This document shows positions 11,756-24,206 of a stretch of DNA of 64,000 nucleotides, piece by piece. The stretch lies in NCBI GenBank assembly GCA_052426225.1, contig JBNJNM010000011.1:3782001-3846000 (forward strand), read 5' to 3'. The DNA is from Zancudomyces culisetae HAW-14-8 (Eukaryota; Fungi; Kickxellomycota). The position numbers and the translations under genes were made by a program. Position 1 is the first letter of the stretch; each line of letters starts with the position of its first letter. Under the pieces are notes generated by a model that was not told the origin of the DNA, searched no databases, and saw nothing but the letters and a program-made list of their open reading frames with translations.

Positions 11756-12818
11756 TTATACGATATCTCTAATTTGTTTTCTTATTAATATGCTTGTATG
11801 CTTGTATGCCTGTATTATTTTATGCTCGTATTAAAGGTTCAAACCCAGCTCTTGATGCGTAGTATATAAAAAATGCAGGTTGCTAGATGTACGTTTTTGT
11901 GTAAGTTTATGTCAATATGGCATTTTTTTTTTACCACTTTGTTATTATCAGTTACTTTTTTCCTCTTCTCTTTTCTTTATCTATTCTCTTTTGTTTGTTG
12001 TACTATCAGTATGTGTATGATCTTTGAGTATGAGTAGTATTATTGATGTTTAATGCTATGTGGTAAATGGGTTGTCGTTATGATGGTTTGCAATTGTATT
12101 TGATTTATGTGTAATTGTATAAAGTTGATTGCTTATTTTCAAAGCTAAAAACTAAAAACCTAAAAACCTAAAGACCTAAAAATTAAAAAACTAAAAAACA
12201 AAACAAAGTGGATGAAGTAGTATATACAAAAAGGTGTTTATATGATTGATATGGACCATCTGAATATTTATTTTACGCATATGGTACAAATAACTGCGTT
12301 CTTGATGATTACAAGAATATGTATTTTATTTTTTTGTTGACCTGAAATAACAGGAGAAAAGCAACAAGGACAAGAAAAGCAACGCTATGTAAAAGGCAAA
12401 AGTAATCCTATTGGTATATTCATTAAAGATAAAGTATGGATGCAAGCAAATTAATGGCTGTTTCTACTCACCTTACCATGTGTAATTTTAGTGGCGCATT
12501 TTTTTTTTCTTCCATGTATCAATAAGCTTTTTGGTTATTAGCTATATGGAAATTAAAAATTAGCAAAATGGTGTAAAACCAGGAAATAAGAACTTTGAAC
12601 CATCATGGCTATTACCAACCTTTCTTTTTATTCTTCTTTCGAATAAAAAAAAAAAACAAATAATAATAATAAAGAAAAAGTGTACTTGTACAAATTGAAA
12701 TGTGTACTAAAGTTCAACCTACACACAGTACAACGTAAAAAAAAATATTACTAAAAGGAAAATATATTTAGACAAACAAGAAAATAACAGTATATTATAA
12801 ATTATTTAAATTAGCACA

Positions 12819-15028
12819 TTAGTAAAGTAAAAAGCCAGGATTGGTTGAAGAATGGTAGCTATTCTTAGAAATGTTATTGTTTGAATACACAGATTGTTCA
12901 TTGTCGTGCACATCATGAATGAACAGAGAAGGGTTAGAGGACGAAAGAGATGAAAGTTTAGAGTCATTGCAGTCATTATAAGAAGTCGAAGATACTGAAG
13001 AGAGAATGGAATCGGTGGGTGAAGGTGGCCTGAAAATAAAGTTAGAGTTTGAACGAGAATCTGCAAGTTTGGATAAATCAACGGATAATAGAAAGTCGTC
13101 AACACTACCATCTTCGTTTTTGGAGAAAAGGGGACCAAAAAAGTAAGGAGAACCAGTCAGCTGTTCAATAGTGGTAATCAGGAAACGACAGTTCGAAACT
13201 AGGCGCTCAACCAAATCTTCCAGCTCGTTGGTCTTTTCTACAAATCCACAATAATGAGGACTATGACCATCCATGATTTTGTACATGTTCAAGTCGGCCA
13301 GTAGCCTATCGCGGTTGTGGGATAATAGATTTGCTTTTGCTTGTAGTTTTACAAAATGAGACTGAACCTGCTGTTGGTATTTGTTGAAGTTTTTAGAATT
13401 CAGAGTTATAAGATCCTTGAGTTGATATATGGTATCTTGAAGCGAATGAATCTCTTCCTGTTTTTTGGAGTTTTCTACGCTGAGTTGGGAAATCTCTGAA
13501 TTTTTTAGACTTAATAGAGATTTAACGGAATTCAACTCCTTGGTTAGTTTGGAGTTGTACGAATGCAAGGTTTCTAGACTATTATTACTGACTGTAGAAT
13601 TCATACTGAAATTTGTGAGTGGTGCTGGGGTCAGTTGTGCCGATTTTTTATACGTGTTAAACTCTTCAGCCATTGAATTGAGCTGTATTGACAAGTTATT
13701 TGAATGACTGGTAATTTCCTTGACTTTGAGTCTTTCATTTTCCAATTCAACGCTGATAGATTGTAGCTGCTTGTTTTTCTCTTCGATATTCATTTCCATT
13801 TCAAAAATGACATCTTCTTTAGACTCTAGCAGCATTCGATAATCGCTAGCCTCTTTAACACGTTTCTTTTGTAACTCGCTGATCTTACTTTCTAGCTCCT
13901 CGATTTTTTTCAGGTAAAAGGAAGTATTCACCGATTCTCGGGATCCTTTATCCTTTATCTCGTCATATTCTATTGGAAATAGCATTGACGATTTTTTTGA
14001 GTCCAAATACAGATGGTCATCACGATTTCCAGGTGGTAACAAGATTGATAGCCTATCGGGTAACATTTCATACCCAGTGCTTCGGTTCAAATGAATACTC
14101 ACCAATTCTTCCATTTTACTTTGGCTTGAGCATATACTTTGCGCACCAAAACTTTCCTTTAGTTTGACAGAGCGGCTTTGGGTTTCAGAGAGTTTATCAG
14201 AAACAAGCGAGTTATGTGTACTGTTTTTGTCGAACATATCAACTAGCTTTTGAATTTTGGAGCCCTTGGATCTACTGGCTCGTGTACTCGTTCTTTTGAT
14301 GTTGTTATTGTTTAACAGAGTTAGTTCATTTTCTTGGTGTTCATTATCCGCAGTAACTGTATAGTTGTTGGTGCTAGTAATACAGATAGTCAGGTCATTC
14401 TCGGTTACATCGTTGCTCTTTTTGACAATATTATTGGCAATTCTCGGATTAATAGTGCTTCTTGAGTCAGGTTCCGCACCGCGTTTGTCTGTGATTGTCT
14501 CGTTTATGTCGCTATTAACAATGGCGGCATTTTTAATTTCAGTAGCGTCTTTAGCACCATTAGAAGTTTTGTTATCGACAAGTGGATTTCTTGTAGTAAT
14601 GCTAATGTTTCGGGTAGTGCTAATATTGACATCATTGGAAACAGCAGGCTTCTTGTTGGAATTGTCACTATGGTTATTGTGACTATGATCACCTCCCATT
14701 AACCCCAACCCAAGTACAGCTGCCTTGACTTGCCTTGACTTTGTCCTGACAACATTGAGCATTTTATTTATTCCGCTCTCTTTTTTGGCCCCAGTAGTAT
14801 TGTTTGTCCCAGTAGTGTGTTTTGATGACCCCACTCTTGTCAAAAATGGTTTTTTAATACATAGTTCAGGTTTATACTGTGGGGGTTTGCCAGTATTGGT
14901 GGGTACATTCTGGTTTATCAGCTCTACTTGCTTTTTAACTACAGATACTGAGTTGGCAAATTTTCTACCTTCAACACCAACACTCTTGTTAGGACCACTG
15001 CCAGTGTTTGTATTGGTAGTATTTTTTT

Positions 15029-15065
<37 letters not shown>

Positions 15066-16253
15066 GGATCCATTGATTTTATTTTTACTATCTATAGACA
15101 CCAACCCAGGTTTTAGTGGTGTTGTCGAGGGAATGACGCTTGGCTTTGGAATTCCTCTTCTCTTGACCTCTCTAGGATCCGCAGTTTTTTGGGGACCTTT
15201 TGCAAGTGTATTGGCACTATTGGGATTGTTAAAATGAGCTAAATGGTTGGAATCACGAACACCACGAACATTACTCCCAAATGTATTGTTTGCCATTGGT
15301 GTTGTAGTTTTGGTCATCTTTGATTTGATTTTAGAATTAATTTCTACTTTCTTGTCTACTTGGGCCTGTATAGAATCTCTTGTTCTATGACTAGCTCCTA
15401 GATAAACTGGACTTATCAGACGATTGTCTTTGTTTGATTTGAATTCCAGTTTTGATCGCATCGCTAGTGGTGTTCCTGTTATTGATGTTGGCGCTTGTAT
15501 AGTTGCTGTTGTGGATGCGGGTATTGCTGGTAGGTGTTGCATCGAATCGCCACTCTCACTCTTTCCAACCACATTGTATCCCATTACTTTAGCTTTACTT
15601 TCCAACGCCTGCAATTTATTATAAAGTGATTCTGTTCTTTTGTGCAAGTCCCCATCACCCTCTTCGGATACGCCGTGGTTTTTTCTTTCTTTTTCTTGAT
15701 ACTTTCTAGCATTATTTGGAGCTGCATTTCCTTCAAACTCTAATGTTACACGCTGACTAGCCGTTGCTTTTTGTATACCTAGGTTTGGTTTTTCTCTATC
15801 ACGCAATTTTGGTTCAGGTCTTTTGTTTATGGTTCTCAATCGATCTGAATTACCAATACCATTTTTCTTAAAGCTGAAATCAATTTTAGGCACTGGCGCA
15901 GTTGGTATTTCCAGTTTCGTTTGACCTCTTGCTTCGGTACCATTATTAACTCTTCCAAATCGTGAAATAGTCTTGGTGGCGTCATGCATACCTGCTCTTT
16001 TATCTAACATTCCTCTTATGCTTCTTTTATCCGAGTAATCTGCTCTAAAATCTCTAACTTTGGTTTCCCCGCTTCTGCTTGTGCCGCTATTACTTGCACT
16101 ACTCTTGCTACTAGTACTATTGCTTACACGACCTCCAAACACTTCGCCTCTTTCACTTGAAATCATCTTGTTACTCTCCCCGATATACTTTAACACTCTT
16201 TCCTCTATACTTATATTGGGTATATTCCTAATATCTACTCTTCGCTTCTCCAT
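12819..16253 (-). CDS. Hypothetical 1144-aa protein: basic disordered N-terminal two thirds with a poly-Asn tract, C-terminal coiled coil
   Basis: Uninterrupted 3.4-kb ATG-initiated ORF. Heptad-like stretch (LKKIEELESKISELQKK...LQDTIYQLKDL). No family recognised. Confidence 0.85.
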
Positions 16254-19200
16254 TTAGTTATTGATTTACCGTATTTTTGCCTCAATTTCTCCCACCGGGT
16301 GTATGCTTTTAAGTTTAGTTTCTATTTCTATTTTTCGTTGGTTTTTGAACTTCTTCGTCAGCTTGTTACAGTTTCTTTAAAATAAGATATTTATAGTTGT
16401 CGCACACCGGATCGCATTATATTGAGATCCCTGTCTTTGCACTTTACCTATTACTTTTAAAGTTAAAACCTATTTTTTTTTATCTCACCCTTTATTCTCT
16501 CTTGTTAATTGATTATCCTACACACCAGTCTTTCTGACTTTATCCGAGTGATGTTAACGTTTTGGATGAAATATATAAGCGTAAAAAGAAAAACCTCCCC
16601 TTTAATGTTTTTTTTTAGTATCTTGTAAATCCCTTTATGAGTGGTTTGGGTTTTTACTTGTATTCTTTGTCGTTTTTCTAATCCCTTACAATGGTTCAGT
16701 GTGTTGTAGATATAGGCGACTTGTTTTGGTAGTATTATTCGCTTTTTTCTTTTTTTCTTTTACTTTTACTTTTACTTTTACTTTTCCCCTTCCTTTCTTT
16801 TCGTTTTCTTTTTTGCTTAAAATACCCGTTGCAGTGTATTCGGTTTATTGTTCAACAAAAAAAACGCTGCACCTTTAAACTCTTTGCTTCTGTATCGTTT
16901 ATTATTACTATTTATTGAAGGTTTTTTTATTATATCCTTTCAATGTCTTTAAATTCGCGTGATAATGTGTATATAATGAAAAGCATTAGTTGGTCATGTA
17001 TGAGTTGAAAAGGCGTGAAAATATAAGTTCCTATTCTAGAGATGCTATATCAAAAGTAATAGTAAATACAAAGTCTATAGTGAATAAAAATCTCGTAAGT
17101 TAATCCATAACAGAGAAAATGAACATAGGATTTAAAAACGGGATATATTTCACATCAATTTTCTCTAGGAAAAAAAAAGAAAAAAATTGAACTGAATTGA
17201 GCTGAAAGATTTGGACAAAGCAAGCGATTTGGGGATGATACAAAACCTTCGCAGAAATTATGTTTGTTTTCATAAAATACTCATAATTCTTGGATTTGCT
17301 GACCTTTAAGATTTTTTAATTTATTCTTTTTTTGCGTGTTATTTTCACTTTTAGAAACGCATCAAACTACAAAAATAGCAAACTGTGACACCTAATACGG
17401 GAAAAAGAGTGAGTACCCATTAGTCATTATGTTAGGCGCACCAAACAGATGGGTTTTTTCCCTTGTAGACAACTCACTCTGACAAAAGCTAGTTAATATG
17501 CAGGCTTTCCCGATAAATCAAAATATTCATTCCACTTAAACCATTTACAATTAGGTTAGCCAAATCGTAACAGCTACCCATTCACTTTTCTTTAATTGTT
17601 GCGAGTTGTAATATGTGTAAATGTACCTACACCATTTTATTGTTTGGGTTATTCTTTTTCAGCTAAAAGCCACCAAGAAATCGACTAATACGACAATTAA
17701 TTTACGAAATCAACACGATCCGATGATAATTCGCCAGAACTATTTACGTCAATTTTTGTTTTACTCATACAGACTTAATCAATTTTCAATCCTCAGCAAT
17801 TTAGTTTTAATTTGTGCATCTCTATATTACCTAAATCGTACGTTTTCAACGATTTAGTAAGGTATGAGAAAAACAAAGTAAATAAATCCTTAGCGAGTAT
17901 ATTGGGTTATTTTTCTGTATATTTAAGAAAAGATTTACGTATTTCTTGTAAATGAGTTATATTAAGCTGGTTCTACCTTACATACTTGATAGAATCTACA
18001 ATACTGCGCTATATTATTGGAACAGATAGGACTAAACACCACTGTATCTAACAATATAAAATACATAATCGTAGCACAACTCTTGGGCATTACTCTATTT
18101 TTCTTTAGTCTAAAAGCCTGTATCATCAAAAGTACACATCATACACTATCAAAAATGCATACAATCCATTGCATAGCTTTGTTTACTATTTAAATACGCC
18201 AAAAACAAATAAATACACCTTAATCAAACTTGATATCTGAATTTCTTTTTATGTGAAAAGCGACTTTTCTCTAAACCCGCTCAGGCATTTTCAATTCGAA
18301 GTATTAGCCAGGACTTTTTTTCCCAGCGACGATCCTCCCTTTAATTAATTTTATTTATTTGGTGTCACTCTTCAAATTTATATGCTTTACATTAATCGAG
18401 ATAATAAACAAAAAACAAAAAACAAAGAACAAAAAAAAAGGGTCAGAAATGACCGGTTCTAATATATACCCTTCAACTTTTAACGCCAAATGCAAACCCT
18501 GTTTATGTGTCTTACTTCCAATACATACAATAACCATCTATATTAACTATGCACCACATCTACTATATTTACATTATTACTCTGTGTTTATATCATTAGT
18601 TATTTTGAGAAGACAGATGCCAAAATAATCACAACTCCATCAATATAAATGGCTAGGCTTGCTACCTTTTTGTTTTTTGCCTCAAGTACCGCTATCTAGC
18701 TTTTCTTATTAGATTGAAAAACCACCACATTCAAAGATTCTAAAAAAAAAAAAAGAAACTGCATATTTCCAGGTTCACAAACTTTTCCCTACTCAATAGC
18801 GCAAACGCGAGTAGATAAACTGAAACATTATAGGTGGATTTCAGACTTCATGTGAACGCCTTTGTTTCTATTACTGCAATCATCAACATGAGAACTGTGC
18901 TTTTTTTTTTGCGCATCTGAAACAAAAAATCGATCTCTGGTATCAGTATATCTCAAGTTTTTTTCCCACCTCATTCCTCATCTCTCCTACCCTTGTCTTT
19001 ACCTTTACCTTTACCCTTACCTTTGGCCTTATACCTTTTGATTCATCATACTACTTTACGTATATGTTTATTTTAAGCTTTTTTCTAAATACATCCATAT
19101 CCTTTTCCTGCACTTGGGGGGGAGGGGAAGTAAATAAAAAGCCTAAGTTGACAATTAGTGCCACTCTAGCCATCTCCCTTTGTTTACTCGAACTACTCGT

Positions 19201-20564
19201 TACTACTCTTTTATAAAAGCAAAACCATTCCCGACTTTGATAAAAGCCACCGAATTAACACCTTTTGAGTTCACATAGATGATCACACCACACAGGATTT
19301 TTCCAATCTTTTGCTTCCCAACAAAGTTGGTTCTTCCCACTCGAGCATTTTCTTCATCTCAAAATCACATCAAAATACTGCTAATCTGGTGAATTTATTA
19401 GTTACTATTTTGCAAATATTTCCGACTATTAACATTCCATGTAATATTCTGTGCAACGCCAAGTATTAAGAATTGGAATATTGTACTTTGCTATCAAACC
19501 CCCACCCTTCCACCCTTCATTCTCTCGTTCTTAACTTTATCAAGCCTATAAAGCTTGCTCTAATATATTGGACTTGATCAAAATTAAATTTCAACATAGG
19601 AAAAAACAATGAGCATTCTAATCTGACTCTCCTCATCTCAGTTGAACCTTAACTCTCCTCCTTAGGCTCGCTAGTGTTGCCAAAACGATGATACACTAAT
19701 GGTGACATTAAATGTAGCTGAAAATGTTTTATCAATAGGCAATTTATCGAACTGGGATGTAAACCGCAAGTATATCGCAATATTTTTCTATACCATTAGA
19801 GGTTGGTAAACAAGACCCTTTTATTTTAACTGCACTTTTGTTAATTTAACCTCCCAAACAAGGAAAATTAAGGTTTAAATTGAATATCTAGACCACAAAC
19901 AAAGGATAGTTTAGTGCTTTCCTGTTGCATACCAATCAATAATTGACCATACAACAGGTTACGCAAACAGAAGCCATGTGAATAGGCTGTTATACAAAGG
20001 GCTTGCTTTCAGCAATAGAATATACGAACTTATTAATTTATTAATTTATACCACCAAAAATATCTACTAGGAAAGCGAATTGTGACGATTCTAAATAAAT
20101 AATATTGTTGCAGATATCTCCCATATTTAATCACACTTTGAGTAACAAAGACAACAATACACTCCAGCTTTTGCCAACTATCAAAAATCTCGAAAACAAT
20201 ATATATCCAACACTATTTTCCGTTGAAAAAAAAAGTAACACACACACGCACACACGCATATACACATAATAAAAAACCCTACACTGTAAAATAAAGGACA
20301 TTGCCACGAAACAAGAGGAAAATTAAAAAAAGGGTATACGAACACGTTGGAGAGCAACTACAATACACAGCGAAATAAAAATTCAACAAAAACTCATACT
20401 GAGTAGCTCATAAATGATTGGACAAACTTAACATCCAAGGTGGCCAGTACTGCATAATGATCTCTGGCAATCAATTTATCATTAAAGTCAAGAATAACAA
20501 AACACTGGTATATGCAAAATCCAAATTATCCCCAAGTTTGTCACTCAAAAAACGACAAAAAGTC

Positions 20565-20638
20565 AACCTGACGCGGGGGTCGAACCCGCAACCTTATGAT
20601 TAGAAGTCATATGCGCTATCCAATTGCGCCAGCCAGGC
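20565..20638 (-). tRNA. tRNA-Arg (anticodon TCT), intronless
   Basis: Minus strand reads GCCTGGCTGGCGCAATTGGATAGCGCATATGACT-TCT-AATCATAAGGTTGCGGGTTCGACCCCCGCGTCAGGTT. It folds as a cloverleaf with A20 in the D-loop and is followed by T5 and T6 Pol III terminator runs. Confidence 0.93.
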
Positions 20639-20647
20639 AGAAAGAGG

Positions 20648-20720
20648 AGCCCAACGCGGGGGTCGAACCCGCAACCTTGAGATTAAGAGTCTCACGCTCT
20701 ACCGATTGAGCTAGCCGGGC
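20648..20720 (-). tRNA. tRNA-Lys (anticodon CTT), intronless
   Basis: Minus strand reads GCCCGGCTAGCTCAATCGGTAGAGCGTGAGACT-CTT-AATCTCAAGGTTGCGGGTTCGACCCCCGCGTTGGGCT, a canonical 73-nt cloverleaf. Confidence 0.96.
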
Positions 20721-22386
20721 CGCTGTCTGAAAAATTGCAACTTTTTCCACGATTTTTTGTAAACGCTGGATATTTGGTATTTTAAACCGGGTTTTGTATT
20801 TACTTGACTTACTATAGCCATTACATGTACACATATAAAAGGGACCTGAAACTAAATACTTACCAGAAAAATGATGAATACATTTAGGATTCAGAAATAA
20901 ATCACAAATTCTTCATAATTTACAAAAAAGCAAAAAAAAAAAAAACATAATAGTATTTCTAAACATAGGGTTAACTGATGGTATGAATTGGCCGCCAAAT
21001 GTATACAGCATATTCAGATTGCATCTTTTCATAGCAATTTTTGCTTTATTAGCAGATAGTTTATCACATAGAATATGTATATTGGTGGAAATATACAAAA
21101 AACATATCACATTACGCTTTTATATTGGAAATACTAAAAACCTAAAGTGGATAAAACAGTACAAAGCTCTTTTCGTCATAAAGGGTATACACGATTATCT
21201 CTGCTAGTAGAATACGTATTTAGCTAGTAAAGTATCACAATACCAGCTACTACTCTTAACGTTGATACCACTAGAAATGGTGATTGAATGTAACTAGATA
21301 TCCCATGCTAATAATTGTTGTTATTGTTATTATAAATCTTCAAACTATTTAGCCGAGTAGGTTAGAGTAAGAATCAAAGTAGATGGATAACCCACCATAA
21401 GAGATATCATAATGTGAGATGAAAGTGAGTGAAGGAGAAGGGGGATAAGTTTTATTAAATTAAATAGTATCTAAAATAAAATAACTTCATAAAAGTTCAA
21501 TACAGCTAATTGTTTTATTGACGTTTTTCCATAGTTTACAAACAAGAATACATACAAGCAATAAGCAAAACAAAACAGGAAATAAAAATAAAAAAGTAGA
21601 TGAATGTTGAGAGTTTGTAGAATTCTTTAATGTTTTTTTTTTTTGTTTTTTTGGTTTTGAGTTTGTTTTTGAGTTTGATTGTTTGTTCAAATAGGTATTA
21701 TTACAATGGACGGGAATGTTATAAGTTTTATATTTACTACCCTTCACTCATAAACCATTATTCTATTTTATTTTTTTGAAAAACGGTTTATTCTACTTAT
21801 TCCAACTCTTCTACGATTAAAGTGGTTTATTGTGCGTATAAAAAAAATTAAAAGTAGAGTTTAACAAACATAATAGTATAGGGATAAAAGGAGTTTGGGG
21901 TGGTTGGGGTGGTTGTGAGGGTGTGGTAAACTGAAATGAATAAATAAAAAATTGGACAAAATAAACCCGTTTAATAATCTTTATAATTCTTTTGACTTTC
22001 TCTTTTCCTCCTCCCCGCCCTTTCTTTTCAAGGGCATGGAGAGGAGGAGGAAAAAACGGGATTGGCATCGATTCAACTCAAATAATGTTTGTATGCTAAA
22101 AACGTGTTGCAAATATGTATTAATGTACACACCATAACGTTCAAGTATTTAAAGACAATAAGAAAAATAAAGCGTAAATACAGAGTATTAACATTACATG
22201 CAATAAAGAGTATGGACAAACAAGGAGGAGAGAAGAGAATATGATAAAAGCCCATATTTTATCCCTTTCCTTTCCAACTTAGTTCTTTTTTAATATCCTC
22301 TCAAAGTCAACAAGATATTTTACGTTTTACGTGAATAGTAACATTAATAATAATAGTTTTTTTTACTGGTAATTAAGAAAAAAATA

Positions 22387-22959
22387 ATGGCAAAGTTGGC
22401 AAGTATAATACTTTTGTTGGTGGGTTTGGTGTTCACCGTTAAGGCCGCAGGACTGTGTGCCGCAGAAGACAATTTCAGGGCATGTACGGATTACGTGAAA
22501 AGAAATATGGGTACAAACTGCAAATCCTCCGAGGATTACGAGTGCCTGTGCGCATGGCACCGCCAAATGGTCACATGCTACACACTTTGCTCCGATGACC
22601 CATCAAAACGTGAACAAGCCAACAACGCCAGAAACACACGTGAGGAAATGTGTGGATTGATGGGATTGAGCCCCGAGGAGGTCCAGAAGAAGAAGAAGGA
22701 GTATGAGGGCAAGAATAAGAGCATGGATATGCCAGAGAGCCCAAAGAATGGTACAGAAAGCGACAAGAACAGTAAGGAATACGAAAAGAATAAATCAGGA
22801 AATGCTAGAGCAAAATCAGCCTCAGTTTCAGTTGCGGGATCTGACGGCAAGGGTGAAAAGTCTGCAAATTCAAGTGGTGGAAACTCTAACCAACAAAGTG
22901 CAGGGTTTGTAAAGATTGCCATGTTTGTAGGCTCTGTTGCTTTGTATGCTTATATGTAA
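22387..22959 (+). CDS. Small secreted, probably GPI-anchored protein with an 8-Cys extracellular domain (190 aa)
   Basis: Signal peptide MAKLASIILLLVGLVFTVKA. Cys pattern CAAEDNFRAC..C..DYECLC..TCYTLCSDDP..C. Charged Ser/Gly/Asn linker and hydrophobic C-terminus (FVKIAMFVGSVALYAYM) consistent with a GPI signal. Confidence 0.85.
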   Translation: MAKLASIILLLVGLVFTVKAAGLCAAEDNFRACTDYVKRNMGTNCKSSEDYECLCAWHRQMVTCYTLCSDDPSKREQANNARNTREEMCGLMGLSPEEVQKKKKEYEGKNKSMDMPESPKNGTESDKNSKEYEKNKSGNARAKSASVSVAGSDGKGEKSANSSGGNSNQQSAGFVKIAMFVGSVALYAYM

Positions 22960-24206
22960 GATGGTTTCTATGAATTGTCACCACCTGCTCTTCTCTTCTC
23001 TTTCTTTTTTTTTCACTTCTTATGTCCTTTTTTTTTAAATTTTTTTTTCGTTTCTTTGGAATAATTATTCAAGTTTCCTTCTAACTTTCCTCCCGTTTTA
23101 TTATATTTTATTATATTGATGGATGTTTATATTACTTTTCTTGACTAATTTATTTAAATTAAACAAAACAGGACCATATAAATATACAAAAAGATAGCAA
23201 ATAATATAAAAATAAAGAATATATGGGAGTATCAATAAAGTTTTAAAAAGTAATATGTAAAATACTGGTAACTAAAAATGGGAAGGGGCTTTTTTTCTAG
23301 GGTTGTTGTATTGATTAATGGTAACATAAAATGACACGCTATGTTGGAAGAAGAAGAAAAGCCTGGTGGGGAGGGAGGGGGGAGGAGGAAGAGGGAGAAG
23401 GAAATACAAGTTTTCAACGATGTACGGAATACTCGTCATAGCATTTTCTGCAAAATGTGGTCATGTCCTCTAGGTCAACAAATCTTTTCTTGTGCGAGCA
23501 ATAATAAACTTCGGTTACTGTATTATTAATCATATCCTATCACTATTGTTGCTTTTTTAATTATATTAGCTTTTAAAAGTATGTGTATTTATATATATAG
23601 TATATATATACTTGAATAAAGGAGAATGTTTCCAAGTTTAACGTTTTATGTTTTACGTTTTATGTATATATACGTTTTTTTTGTTTTTTTTTTGACAATT
23701 CTAAAATGAAACATTAAGGGGGTGGAAGGGGGGGGTGGGGGAGCGGAAGGTGTTTGGGTGTTTTGAAAATAAAAACTTGTAAAACAGGGCATAGAAATTA
23801 TGTGAAAATAATCACCACTTACTTGAATATTTGGGGTAATTCTTTTTGAATGTGTGTCTTTTTTCGATCCTTAATTCTTTCAGCTTGTTATTTGGTACAG
23901 ATAATAATGTATGGAGAGGGGGTGGAGGTGGGAGAGAATGGAGAGAGAGAGAAAAAAAAACAATGTGTGTATTAACTGAGGGTTGGAAAAAAGTAAAAAG
24001 TGTAGAGCGATAGTTCCAAGAGTTATTGCTTGATATATAAAAATGTTTATTGAAAATCTAAATGAACAAGCAATTAAGGCTAGAAAAAATAAAGTAAACA
24101 ATATAATACAAGGAAGGAATAGGGGGAAAAAAGGGAAATAATTTCCAAAAAAAAAATACAGTGGTGGGTGAAAAAGAGAGGAGATTAAGGGCGCAAAGAG
24201 ATGTTA

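Noticed and set aside
19283-19357. Minus-strand mini-ORF ending C-V-V-TGA (CxxU-like), checked because some early-diverging fungi use selenocysteine
   Set aside because: A second TGA follows four codons later, there is no thioredoxin-like context, and I saw no SECIS. Chance is sufficient.
20856-20866. ATACTTACC, resembling the U1 snRNA 5' end
   Set aside because: It is not followed by U1 stem-loops or an Sm site.
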